Source of the DNA: Callorhinchus milii
Lineage: Eukaryota
Length of the DNA: 64,000 bases
Reading direction: 5' to 3'
Assembly (NCBI RefSeq): GCF_018977255.1
Contig: NW_024704783.1
Location: 62,001-126,000, forward strand
The stretch's first letter is position 1, and each line of letters opens with the position of its first letter. The notes under the pieces are model-generated. The model had not been told where the DNA came from. It searched no databases and saw nothing but the letters and a program-made list of their open reading frames with translations. A program made the position numbers and the translations under genes. Below, one piece after another: positions 25,242 to 38,731 of this stretch.

Positions 25242-26290
25242 CCGAAACAACAAAACAGCGCCACCCTCAGCACTGGGGGCACATTGCAGCCTCTGACACA
25301 CACACACACACACACACCCAAACAACAAAACAGCGCCACCCTCAGCACTGGGGGCACATTGCAGCCTCTGACACACACACACACACACACACCCACCCAA
25401 ACAACAAAACAGCGCCACCCTCAGCACTGGGGGCACATTGCAGCCTCTGACACACACACAGACACATCCACACACACACACTAACAGCGCCACCCTGAGC
25501 ACATGGGGCACCTTACAGGCTCTAATCACCCCGACCCCACACTGAGGGCATCACAGACTCTTTCACACACACACGCACACCCACACACACATACACACAC
25601 AACTGGTGGCACCCTCAGCCCTGGGGCACATTATAGGCTCTGAAGCGAGTACACACACAGACAGGAAAGCTCAGCACTGGGAGCAACTTACAGGCTCTGA
25701 CGAACACAGCCATACACAGACACACACGAAAACAACGCCGCCCTGAGAATTGGGGCACATTACAGCCTCTGTCGCACACACAACACACACACACACACAC
25801 ACACACACAATCATACTTTAGCACTGCTGGCACATGACAGGCTCTGACACATATGTACGCGCGCACACACATACACGCACAAAAACACACAGAAAACGAG
25901 TTCCACCCTTGACACGCGAGGGTGGGGGGTTACTCTGTACGCTGTGACACACAAGAACACTTAAACAGCGCCAGACTGAGTACTGTGGGCACATTAATTG
26001 GCTGCCGCGTTCGCCCACAAATATACAGTCAATTCACTTTACAGTGTGTTCTGTGAAGCGCTTTGGGACGTCCTCTCCCGACGGAAAAAGCGCTATGTCA
26101 AATGCGAGGATTATTATTATTAAATGCTCTGAAACACAGACACACACACACACATATGGACACAAAGAACGCCACCGTCAGCATTGGCGGCAGATTACAG
26201 CCTCTGAAGGGATGGACTTCACAGGCTCCGACATTCACCATCACACACACGCACAAACAGCGTCACCCTGAGCAATGGTGGTACATCACA
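25081..26290. repeat. Minisatellite: ~52 nt conserved unit separated by (CA)n; 5 near-perfect plus about 9 degenerate units (duplicate 43062-44270)
   Basis: Unit acaacaaaacagcgccaccctcagcactgggggcacattgcagcctct starting near 25082, 25163, 25242, 25317, 25396. Confidence 0.93.
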
Positions 26291-26356
26291 AGCTTTGACA
26301 CACACACACGCACACACACACAGACACCTTCATCAGCACCATTCTTATATCATATC

Positions 26357-26525
26357 GACGCTGAAGGTAGATAAGTCACCCGGTTCGAACGGCATGTATC
26401 TTAAGACATTGAGGGCAGTAAATTTCTAAATAGCAGAGGCTCTGGCCATAATCTTTCAGTCCTCCTTGGGTATCGGTTTGGAGCTTGAAGATTGGAGTGT
26501 TGCAAAGGCTACTACTCTGTACAAA
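26357..26525 (+). mobile_element. CR1 RT fragment (duplicate ~44335-44503)
   Basis: DKSPGSNGMYLKTLRAVNF*IAEALAIIFQSSLGIGLELEDWSVAKATTLYK. Confidence 0.8.
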
Positions 26526-27056
26526 CACGTGTCAAACACTCAGCAGGTGATATGGTAACCACTGAACTCAGTCATGGGTTCCCATGTTTTACAATAATAA
26601 TCCTCCGTTTGGCCACAAAACACACAGTCACTAAGCCGCACAGAGTGTCCTGTGAAGAACTCTCAGATTCCTGGATGATGTGATTAGTCGCTATATCAAA
26701 AGCAATCAATATTATGACTGATTATCATTAGTACTATTCCTGTCCCCACAGTGTGTGGATGGAGGGATGGGATTGACAGGTCTGGGACAGGAGATTTGGG
26801 ACGGGATAAAACGGGGGTGTTTCCTGGCTGGAGTGAGCTGGGGGGGAGCTGCTCCTGTCCACACTTCACCACGGTTGCTGTTCCCACCACATGGTTCAGA
26901 TTTCCTGTTAATCCATGTTTAATTGGTGATCACACTGTCACACCGATTCCTGACACAGTATTCAGCACCAAATGATCAGCCACTTTCAATAACATACTGA
27001 GATACCGGGGGAAACCCGCCTCGGGATATTATATTCTCACACAGTCTCTTACTTAC

Positions 27057-30000
27057 CCCAGTCTCTTTAGTTTACACTCACGGTTCCTCAGAGCCTCACA
27101 CAGTGGCTTCACCCCCGAGTCTCCCAGTTTATTACCACTGAAGCTCAGCTCTGTAAGTGGGTGTTTTTTTAATGAAAGTGGAGACGAGATCCTCCGTACA
27201 ATCAGCTGTCAGATTGTTACCCCACAGCCTGGAGATCAGGCACAAATAATTATTTGTGGAGGACTAGTTTGCAGTGTTATGGGGAGAGCGCGTGTGAATG
27301 TTATTGAATTGTAGAGCTCTTTTGAAACAGCCAGCACTGACACGATGGGCCAAATGGCCTGCTTTTCTACTGTATAATCCTATGAATCTATGAAATGTCA
27401 GTCATCAGAGTAAAGGCAGTGTATATAAGTGAGTGTGAGACACTCCAGGCCTAAGTGGAAGCCAGAAGCTGACACACACACTGGGCAGGTCCAGATGGAC
27501 AAGGAGACAGAAGCCAATCATTGTACACAATGACAAACTTTGAAGGTTTCGCTGTTTAAACTCCAGCCGTCACCACAACACACACTGTGCCCCCACCCAC
27601 CTCCAAGCCTTGTCTGTTAGCATCTGCCCCTCATCCTCTACATCAGGCATCGGCAGCTTGTGGCTCGCGGGGGTGGGGGTGAAGTGACTGTTTTACGCTT
27701 GTCTCATGTGGACTAATCGGATATGGGGGGGAATTCAACCTCGGGGTATTATAGTGTCTCAGTCTGTTACTTACACCAGTCTCTGTATTTTAAACTCCGG
27801 GTTCCTAAGAGCCTCACACAGTCGCTTCACTCCAGAATCTCTCAGACAATTGCCCCCCAGCCTGGAAAGAGGTACAGTAACACAGTGAATATACTGTAAC
27901 AAGACAATAGACATTGCCATCTATATACAGGAGCCTTTCCCGTGGGGAGCAGGTCCCGTGGCGCTGGGACCAGAATCAGACAAACCGGAACGTGCAAACA
28001 CACACGTTGTTCCTAAGTCGTGGTTGATCCATAACACGGCTGACATTTACATTACATTCACGTGGGGTAATGTCTCAGAGCTTTACAGGGATCAGGTTAG
28101 AATCTTCGAGCGCCCACCAGTCTCTGTGACAACAACAGCAACACATTATATTTACACTGCACCTTTCACGTCAGGAGGACGTCCCAAGGCACTGGGGCAA
28201 TGAGAGGTTTGCACCCGAGCTGGGGTTGGGATCAGGAGGGTGGAAGCAGGGAATTGGATGAAAGAATGACCGAAGAGGAAGGGTTTGGGATGGGCTGTGA
28301 AGGAGGTGAGGGCCGGGCCGAGGCGGAAAGGGTTCTGGGATGGAGTTGTAGGGATTGGGGGCAGAGAGGCTGAGGGTCTGACTGTCGATGGTGGAGTGGG
28401 CAGCGCGGGGGACGTGGATCAGGTCAATGTCCGCCGAGCAGAGGGAGCGGACAGGCTGGTAACGTTGGCATACACCACTTCCTCCTTCTCACTCACCCCA
28501 GGGTATCAAGTCCCTGGGTTAGCTCCTGACCCCTCGAGGCATTTCTCCTTCTCTGTGTCCACGAGATCGGGCACCACAGCACTCACTCCCCGCACTCAAC
28601 AGCCAAGTGTCCTCCGGCCCAGGTGACGAGGACACAGGCTGCCTTTGACCTGTCCTCGGGGCAGGAGGTCCTCCCTGTGTTGCCGTCCAGAGCAGACAGA
28701 GCTTCCTGGGATCTCCCCACAGCCTGTGTCTGACACAGTGATAGGTACAAACAGAGTAAACTTATTGCATCTCCTGACACAGGTGCAGAACAGGAACCCG
28801 ACGCTGGATATCCTCTTCCTGAATGTAGCAGCTCCTCAGATCCAGTAGATTTCTGGTGTCACACAGTCCAATGGCCTGAGACATCACAACACAGTTTATC
28901 GGTGTCAGCCTCAATGCTTTCTCTGCAGACTCATCACCCAATGCCAGTGTTTGTACAGAGCCCAGTGTGAGCAGTGCCAGGGCTTGATTCTGAGACTCAA
29001 ACAGGTAGTGGAGTGTGTTCAGCAGATTCCTTTTCCCAGTGACGTCTGTGTCTCTGATGTGACCTTTAAACTTCTCCTTCAACCAATCGATCACCGCGCA
29101 GGTTGTCTGATGGACAAATAGCCCCAGAAACTCCTCCAGTGGCTGATTTGCCCGTGGGGAGGAGAGACACGCAACAAAGCCCAGGAATACCTCAAACCGA
29201 CCATCCTCCACCCTGTGACCTTCACTCAGGGTTCTCCGCAGATGGATTTTGAGGTAGAAACCAGCGATTGCGGCGACAAACTCCTGGATGGTGAGGTGCG
29301 GGAATGTGCAGACGACGCTGTGCTCTGAACACTCTCTCTCCACAAGTTCCATGAGAAAACCAGAGAGGAACTGGTAAGGTTGCAGGTCAGCTTTGATCAG
29401 TTCGTCATCATTAAAGACAATGTTTCTCTGGGAGACTCCAGTGAAGGCCATGGCACCAATCTTCAGCATCACATCACGGGGGCTTTCCATCTTGACACTG
29501 TGATACGTTAGAATGTGGTAAATATAACAGAAGAGTTGTGTGATAGTCTTGGGAACTCGCTGTCTGTCGCTGTGTTTCCCTGTAAAGAAGGTAACCAGAA
29601 CAGAGCGAGGATCCAGCAGTAGGATGGGTTGTAGCACATGATGAACAGGAACTCGTTCTGCTCCACGTGACTGTAAACAGCAGCCGCCACCTCCTGATCT
29701 TCAAAGAACCTGTGCAAATATTCCTTTCTCTCTTCACCCACAAACCCCAGGATTTCAGCCGAGACACTGACCTGAGCCTTTGCCAATAAATGTAGTGCAG
29801 TGGGGCAGCTGGTCACCAGCACTGAGATCCTGGCAGCAGCTTTTGCTGTATTAAACTGTACACAATGTCAGACATTTTACAGCAGAATTCAGCGTCTGTG
29901 CACCTGCGCTGAGGCTCTGTGTCTCTCCGATTGTCACCGAAATCAATCCTTGCCCTGAATTCATCCAAATCATCAAATATAAAGAGCAATGCCTCTGCGT

Positions 30001-32537
30001 GTTTCCACAGCTCGTCCAGAACATCCCTGAGGTAGGGATACTACTCCACGGTCAGATGGCTCAGGGTTGTTCTGACGTCATGTGTATTTAGGTCTCGGAA
30101 ATTAAAAACAAAAACAAAACGAAAGTGAGGGTAGATTTTGCCTGTGGTGCAGTCATGGACAATTTTTGGAATCATGGTTGTTTTTCCAATCCCAGCGACT
30201 CCACATACTACTGCGGAAGTCCCTGTGGGAGAGTCAGAAACTCTTCCGTTGGAGGAAGGTAAATGACTTCCTTTCGAGAAGCTGCTGTGGAACAGTTTAT
30301 CAGTTTTTTATTGCAACTGATTTTTTACAGCTCTGCTCGGAGCTCCTTCAGTCTCCACTCATCATGGCCTCTGCCTCTCTACAGCAGCTCATGTTCTACC
30401 AGTTTCCGGTGACGGAGATCAGAAATGATGGTTACCTCCGTGTAGCCATCAACCAGCTGAAACTTCTTCAGCTGCTCTTTGATGAGGATGGTCTTCACTT
30501 CCAGCCTTTCACTTTGTTTCTGTGGCGTCTCCTTGTGCCGTCGTTGAGCATCTTCAATGAGAGCATTGACTCAGGGGTTAAGACACACCTCCAACACCAA
30601 CCTGAAGACAGCGACACAACACCCTGGATTGTCAGTTGAGATGATGGCGACAGTTGCTGGAATCTCAGTCACAGAGGTAGACTTCAAAAAAACTTTCAAT
30701 ACAGACACACATACAGACTAAGGAGCAGAGGAGATGAACAGAACAAGGCTGGAAAAAGAAGGAGCTAAGAATGGATGCAAGAGAGTCAGCTTTTGTAGGG
30801 GAGACTGAGCATATTCAAGCCAATCTGCAGGAGCCAGGGTGACTGTGAAACCTGGTGTGGATGGATGTAATGGACATGTGAAGCTTGAGGGTTGAGAGCA
30901 GCTGAATTATGGATGAGTTGGAAACTAGTGGATGGTGAAGCTGGAGAGGGCGGCCAGTTGGGGGACAATATAATCAAACTGAAGTCCCCGCAATTCAACT
31001 CCCAGCTCATAAGTAGTTTCTGGAAATCTTAGTGTAAGTGGTAAAGATTCAATCTCTGCATTTCAGAAATGAATTCATTGGTTACACCGTGAACTGGTCA
31101 CATAACTTTAAGATTGCTGGGCACCTCTGGTACACGTTGGTCGATTATCACCTGGTTTATCGGACTGGCACCTGTGTGTAGAGAGTGATGTCCATTAGTT
31201 TCCGTGAATGATGTCTCCATGTTGTCTCAGTTAAAATGTGTAGTCGATGAGTGAATGGAATCCCTGTAAAATTGTACTCTGCCTTGTTACTGTATTTCAG
31301 TCAATATTTTGTTCATTTTCGGCAAAATCTGCTTCATTTCCTCAAAGGATTCCCACATCTCTCTCGAGATCCGGAAACTTTCACCAGCACCAGGTTGAGA
31401 AGATGTTTGGAGCTTTTCTCTGCCCGCTGTGTGTGAACTCAATGGGTGTCTACAGAGAGCGAGCATTAATACATTGAAGAGCAAAAAAAAAGGTGAGCTC
31501 TGATTGTGATTAGGAAATGGCCAGTTCGATCATGGTATATCTCCTCATGCTGAGTGAGGCTCCACAGCCACAGTTTGCCCTCCATTACCCCACCCATAGG
31601 CTTACTATTCACACATGAGGTTTGGCACTGAGTTTAACTTAGACAGCAACACAGCCCAGCCTGACCTCTCCTCACCGGCCTCTCATACACAGTGAGCTGG
31701 AGCTTTAACTGCCACACAAAGGACACTCTGTTAAGGAATCAAATTAAAGCAATGTTCCAGGGAATTGTGTAACACATAGTCCCGGCATCAACTGGTTAAT
31801 TTTCCAATATTATAATCTTTCTCTGCATCTACTTCCTGCTTCATGGATGTCATATTTTGTTTCTGTAACGAGGCCGGAACGTGGACAATCCTGAATTTTC
31901 CCTCCATCTCATCTCCTCTAACCCAGATTCCCACCACCTCATCCCCTCTATCCCGGAGTCGCTCCACCTCAAACTTCTATCCCAGTGTCCCTCCACCTCA
32001 TCCACTCTCGCCTAAAACATTCACAACAACAACAAAAGGATTACATTTGAATAGAGCCTTTCACGTCGGGAGGACGTCCCACACAGGGTTCTCAAGCACA
32101 GAAGCTGCTTCCCGAAGGCAGAGTCTCAACAACGTATGAATTATCAGATGGGAGAGTGGTGTCTGTCCCTCTATCCCATTAATTTCTGTATATAAACTGG
32201 ATAGTGGTTTTGTCGTCCACAATCGATCCTGCGCTCAACTGGTCAATGGGGGATTGGGTATAAAATATCACAAACGTGAAAGCCATAAAATCAAAGTGGT
32301 TTTGAATGGAAACACTTGGCACCACAAACATAGAGACATGTACCAAATAAGATTAGTTCTTCTTAGCTGACCACGTACTTGATGTTCCTGCTACCTGAGA
32401 TATTCCTTCCTTGTCAGCAGTGAGATGACTGCCTCCATGTCTTCCTCAAAGGCCTGTTCTATTCTCCCCGGTAGAACTCAGTGAGTGTGAACAGCTGATG
32501 TCCCTCGTACAGGTCGAGGATCTCAGAGAATTTGGCC
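27057..32537 (-). pseudogene. NLR (death-fold, NACHT, LRR) pseudogene copy 1, 5'-truncated at gap
   Basis: Exon remnants 32537-32379, 31449-31283, 31171-31106 (GASPINQVIIDQRVPEVPSNLK), NACHT exon 30551-28766 (Walker A GVAGIGKTT 30202-30176; Walker B LLFIFDDLDEF; FPHLTIQEFVAA; LLNTLHYLFESQN), LRR exons 27861-27775 (87 nt) and 27228-27057 (172 nt, +1 frameshift). Stops at 30381-30379 and 30043-30041, frameshifts, NACHT donor GT changed to AT. Confidence 0.92.
28130..28420 (-). mobile_element. L2 LINE 3' end in NLR intron (duplicate ~46105-46400)
   Basis: Reverse of L2 C-terminal AFSLSAP.LWNSIP..LR motif and the shared L2/SINE tail. Confidence 0.65.
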
Positions 32538-34510
32538 NNNNNNNNNNNNNNNNNNNNNNNNNNNNNNGAGACGCACTCTATGGACAACGTAGCAGCGAGT
32601 AGGCTGTTGACTCGTGGTATTGGGCGCCGCAGAATGAACAAGTCCCCACACACTCCGGCTCAACCATTGCCATGGCCAACACTACTCACACTCACATCCA
32701 TTAAGGCCGAGACACTCAACCAAATACGCTTCCCTCCAGAACTGCACACACTCACACGCAACAGGCACACTCACACTTACTTCTGTCACACAGCCAGGCT
32801 TAAACACATACACATATCACATTCACCAAGGCTCCCACACAATTAAAGATACTGACATGTATTCAGGCTCACAAACACGATCACATACGACATTCTATGC
32901 AGGTCCACACACTCACCCAAACCCATACGCACTCATACATACTCACGTACACCCAGGTCCACACACAACTACATACAAGCAGGCACACACAATCACAAAC
33001 ACGCACACATACTCACGTATACTCACGCTCAACATGGACCACACACATTGGCACAGACCCAATAACCCAGACGCACTCAAACACACTCGCCTCCATCAAT
33101 GCCCACATACAATCATACACCGCTCACTTCCACTCAGGGAGACACACACACACACACACACTCACGCTCACCCAGGCCTACACACATATAATATCGCTCT
33201 GGATGAACCCTGTTACACTTGATCCTCAATTGCTTCAGTTGATTTACACAGAAGTTGTTGCCGGATCATCCACTGCTTTACTGCAATATGAACCATTTTG
33301 AAAGAGAAATATTGCTATTTATAAAATGATTGATGAGAGCATAAATAGGGGCGTGGGTCACAGTCATGAACAACATGGGCAATTTCTTAAAATGACAGAC
33401 CCTTTAGCTGAGTTGGCTGAAAAGTGGAACTGCAGTTCTATATTGAAACAGCAGGAAAAGCTTCTGTTATAAGGGCAGTGTGGAAAAATTGAAGCATAGG
33501 TCAATAGACCACTCACCCAAAGATCAATTAAATACGAAATATGAATGTCAATTACATATGAAGTCAGCAGGATTCTGTTTGGAGTAAAGATTGCGGTAGT
33601 CGGCATTTTATTAAACAAAGGATACAAGAACATCTGAGAGGATTTTAGGCAGATTGACAAAAATCAATAAAGATGACGCCCGTGATTGACTTTACAGTGA
33701 TGAGTATCAGCTTCAAACATTGTCGCTGCTCTGGAAAAAAGTTAAGCTAAAAGAGAAAGGGAGGATACGCACATACAAGCTTTCAAATTTATTAAAGTTT
33801 TGAAAGAATCATGCAGTGAAAGGCGACAAATGAGTGTAAAACATCCAGGATGATCGCTGTAAAATATAAAGGCTCAGTGGAATTTTATATTGTGAACATA
33901 AGAACATAAGAACATAAGAATTAGGAGCAGCAGTAGGCCATTCGGCCCCTCGAGCCCTGCCCCCCCAATTCGATAAGATTATGGCTGATCGTCTGACCTA
34001 ACTCTGATTACCCGCCCGATGCCCATGTTCCTAATCCCTCCAATTTAAAAATCCTATCAGTTTCAGCCTTGAACTTTTTAGAATACATGGTTCTTCATTT
34101 CAATATCATAATGCTAAGGAATTCTAAATGGTTTTTGATGAGTGACGATGCGAACTTGCAACAGAACAGACAGGAAGGAGGAATTGCAGGATTGGAGTAG
34201 ATCTGTCCTTTTAATACCAGCAGAGTATCAACGGGAGCATTTCCTTCCATGTGTAGTTCCACAAATTTTAACAAGTGTTCCACAAATTCTTCTCTGAATG
34301 CTATAATTGAGAGGAACAAACAACAAAACAATTGTATTCATTACTTCTCTTAATATGAAAAGTTTGGAAGTATCTGCATATGTTCCTGTGCAGCCTAACA
34401 AATGGATTGACTGGTAAACGGAAAACACATTAATAATCCAACAGGAAAAAAAAGAATTGATTCATGGTTCAATTCGCATTGATGATATTTCCCCTTATAT
34501 TTCCTCACAG

Positions 34511-34641
34511 CTTTTCCAATCGAGATAATTCTGGAAAGTTTTCAAGCAGTTCAATGTGAGAACCTGTGGCCTACTGCTTCCAGCTTCATCATCCTCTTCT
34601 TCCTGAATATTTTCTACAGCCCCAGCGTCACGCTATTTAAG
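34511..34641 (+). pseudogene. IgH TM1 exon, copy C (open frame, GC donor, orphan)
   Basis: cacag|ct acceptor; [44 protein letters not shown]; donor reads aag|gcaagg. Confidence 0.75.
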
Positions 34642-35143
34642 GCAAGGAGAGTCAATGCATTGACGCCATGATGCCGTGTAACAGCTGCTGTTGAATATTT
34701 GGTCATGGGAACCCTAATAATGATGCTCATTGCAACCACCCTCCTGGGAATCTCAACCTGTACATACACGTCAAGATCCTTGTGACCCGGCTGTGTGTAG
34801 GGTGATCAAAGTATCCTGTCACCCTGAGACACCGTATCACAACTGGCATATGCTCACCTGATATAGACACTGGCAACCGCAATGGTTATTTAAAGATTTA
34901 GTGGATCTCTCAGTGTATTGTGGACAGTATAAAACATGGCGAAGGTTTTATGAAAGTGTCAGTCCCCAGCAGACAATAGCAGATTCATACTGAATCCGTT
35001 GGACCCTTGCGTATGTTTGTGTGTGTGTGTTTGTATGTTTGTGTGTGTGTTGGTACGTTTGTGTGTATATCTGTGTGAATGCACAGAGAAAACAATAAAC
35101 ACAAGCTTAAATATCATTACCCATTATATCTTTTATTTTCCAG

Positions 35144-35152
35144 ATAAAATAA
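35144..35152 (+). pseudogene. IgH TM2 exon, copy C (IK*)
   Basis: ttccag|ata aaa taa within the 18 kb duplicate. Confidence 0.7.
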
Positions 35153-37957
35153 CTTTCTTAAGATCAGCTTCACCGATTTGTCGCGGCAGTTTGTGTTTAA
35201 CAACGATGTCTCGTGACAGATGATGTGATGTCTATTTGCACCCATTGTACTTATCCGCTGAAAGTAAACTTTTTTATTGCAAACACATGAACTTTAGAAG
35301 CCTTTCTTCTTGTTACATTTCGATACAATGTGGTTTTGGTAATAATAAATAATAATGTTACCTTCACGCCTCTCTGATATCCTTTATTTGCTGATTACCG
35401 TTTGTATGGTATAATGAAACAGAAAGAGAGTGTCTGTGATACTCTGTCCTTTGATTTTAATCTGAAACTCATTTTTTGTATCTGCTCCTGTTTCATAATA
35501 CTTCAGATTTTATGTATTTCTTGCCTGAAGCATGAATAAAAATGTTAAAAACCATTGAGCTGTTTGATTCCTCTCTTTCCTGTTCCCTTTGTCTCAATTG
35601 TGACTTGTCGCTGCTTTCCAAATTATTCAGGTTCCCAGTAACTCAGCATTAAACAAAAGCTGTTAAATTAAATATCTAACTTCAGTTACAGCTTTGCTGA
35701 GAACACTAAAGGCGATGATATTTCCGCTTGAGTTAGTTCTTCGCTCCAGTGACCAGTAGCATTTTCCCTCCCACATTGATCAGCCCCTCACCCCGATGTA
35801 GCGTCAGACACATGACTATTCTAATATAGTAACATGCAGCTGTGTGTTAGAGTATTTATAGCACAATCTGAAAGCGCAATCTGTTTTATACATTCAGTGA
35901 GCGTTATCTCCTGCCTGTGCTGAGCTGGGCAATCTGAGCTGGGCAGCACGTTAATGGGAGACCATACAGCCCAAATTCCTGCCGTGGGCAGGTGAGCTGC
36001 GTCGTTGGCCTTGACTCCGCTCCGAAGGTCCTGCAGACCTGAGAGGGACAAAAAAAACCACACACAATGGTTATTATCATTGTTATTGATAACAACATGA
36101 ACCTCACAGTCTGGAATGCGATAGAAGTTTGGGCCAAATGGGCCTAACGTCGATCCGTCTCCTTTTAGCTTCTGTATCGTGAATAAATATACGAAATACC
36201 ATCTTCTAATGATTACTGTCATAATTTGTCATTGTCTCTGGTCTCAGCTTTTGAAATTGTGCAGTGGCCACTGCCTTTCACAGGGAGATCCCTCCATCAG
36301 GCTGAATTCACAATTAGTGTCTCCCCAGCTTCTGAAATTGTCTATGTTATACAAATAGAAAGACATGTGTACATCTTTCATACTTAAATTTAATGATTGA
36401 TTTCCCACACGGACACGAATAATTGTTGATTTGCCGTTTTATCTATTTCAACGTTTTGAAGCCAATTAACAAATCAAGAATTAAAATTGTCGACATTTCA
36501 TTTTAACATACAAACACCTTGTATAGAAGTACATTTGGTCTGACCTTTCTGTGGCCACTTTTGCCGGTTTTTTATAAAATAATATTTGCATGTCTCCCAT
36601 CTGAAACATTTCCAAACTCTCTTCCATTATTCCCGCAATTTTCTTTTATTTTTGCTGAGTATGGTTTTGTTTTTTTTATCTAGTTTTTTTNGTTATCTGG
36701 TTATCCAACCTCTGCAGCCAAATCTATTAATCAAGTGAACCATTAGTGCAGAAATGTTGTGCAAAATTGTCTTAGCTTATATTGCTATGTGAAAGCAGAG
36801 CATTTACGGCATCCTGCACTCAGCATTTTTAACGTCCTCAGTTATTATCCGCTTCATATCTGATCTGATCCTATGAAACAGCTCAGTTGGAACATAGCAG
36901 TTGCTTTACAATAGAATAACAGGGACCATCCAGTTCACCTTCCTCCATCCTCACATTTACATTAACCTGTCATGTCCCCAAACCTTTACTGTCTCCCAAG
37001 ATATTATTTCCTGAAATAAATCTATCCCATTTGCTTGGGAAAGAATCTACAATTTCTGCTTTCGCCGTCTCCCGAGGAAGCCTGGTCTGTGCATTTCTGC
37101 TCGCTCACTCAAACAGTGCTTCCAAGTATTTGTTTGAACTTCGTTTGCAGGCAATGTTCTCTGTTTTTCACACCACTCTAAACGTCTCCTACCGTGACAA
37201 TTCCTGAGAATGAGACCTACAGGGAAAGAATCTTATTCCGCTCATGCTTTACAGTTATGCTTGGAATTTTTTCGAATCCAGAAATTGTAAGCCGTTAAAC
37301 TGCGATATTTTTTAAAGTCAGCCGAGGATAAGTTCCTTATATCAAGTACAGCTAACTGGCGGCAGCATTTCTACTGTTATCAATGATTTGCCAAAATCTG
37401 CACATTTCCATATGTCACATAAATAAAGTAAATAATCGACCATGTTGTAATTCGGCCCATGAACCCTTTCCATATCAAGGAGATTCGTCCTGTCCAATAT
37501 GATTGTTCCTTTAATTCACGACTGTTATGTTCAGGCCTGCAGTGTATAAATGCAAGAACATTTGCAACAGGTTATGGAAATCTCGGAAGAAAGTAATTCT
37601 ACAACACGGGAAGGATGTTCATCACTATAATGCCACAGGAGCACAGACCAGGCCATGATATGGCCACTGAGATGACAAACAGGATGCTGGGAGTGATTCT
37701 GAACCAGTTTAGGCACAAATCCTCAGAAATCATCAACAAGAGGCAAATATGTTGTTCGGGCTGCACCTGTTCAATAATGAGTGTCCAATGTAAAAAGCCT
37801 GGATAAGAGACAGTACAGGGATCGACGAGACTGATTCCCTCAATGGGTGCGATGTTCCATAACAGACTATTAATCAAATTGGATACTGCCATAGGAAGTT
37901 ATTATATATTATGACTTATGTTTTCCCGTGCGAGTATACGCGATAAAGAGACAGAGT

Positions 37958-37995
<38 letters not shown>

Positions 37996-38692
37996 GAGAA
38001 GTGGGGTGGGGAGAGAGAGCGACGCAAAATGGTTGAGGAACATTATATTATATATAACTTATTATATTATATCAATTATTTACTACTGCCATGACAACAA
38101 CAACAACAAGATTCCACTTATAAAGCGCCTTTCACGTCAGGAGGACGTCCCAAGGCGCTGAAATGACATGACCCGGTGGAATTTGGCGGATGGATTAATC
38201 TCATATCAAGGTGATTCACCGTATCCGATACAATCCTTCACTTGCCAACTTTTGTAATACTGCGTATTAATCCAACAACCTTTGCGACTTGTCATGGAAA
38301 CCTCAGAAGAAAGGAAATTCTGCAGCAAGAGAAGGATATTCATCTCTATGATGCTACAGCAGGAAAGACCATACCATGATATGGCCACTTAGAAGGCGAA
38401 CAAGATTTTGGGCGACATCCTGAATCAAATTAGGCCCAAATCCTCAGAACGCAAAATGAAGATGCATATATGTTGCTGAGGCTGCACTTGTTCAATATTG
38501 AGTTTCCAAAGGAAAGGGGCTGGACAAGAGACAGTACAGAGATGGACAAGTGTCATTCACTCAAGGGGAGTGATGTTCTCTCAGGAAAAATTAATAAAAT
38601 TGGATATTGGTATAGGAAGTTGTTGCATATTATGACATATTTTTTCCGTGTGAGTGTGTGTGTGAGAGATAGACAGAGAAAGAAAGTGAGCG

Positions 38693-38731
<39 letters not shown>

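Noticed and set aside
25081-25460. Repeat-spacer pattern superficially like a CRISPR array
   Set aside because: Spacers are (CA)n rather than unique, context is vertebrate, no cas genes.
23907-25529. Long ORFs (300-500 aa), also 41962-43508, 5005-5511, 53349-54542 and 56513-57626
   Set aside because: Artefacts of N gaps and CA/CT/GA repeats lacking stop codons.
28490-28730. Donor-like gtgagt sites and an LRR-like acceptor just after the NACHT exon
   Set aside because: Translation is not LRR-like and the acceptor is only ~40 nt from the dead donor.
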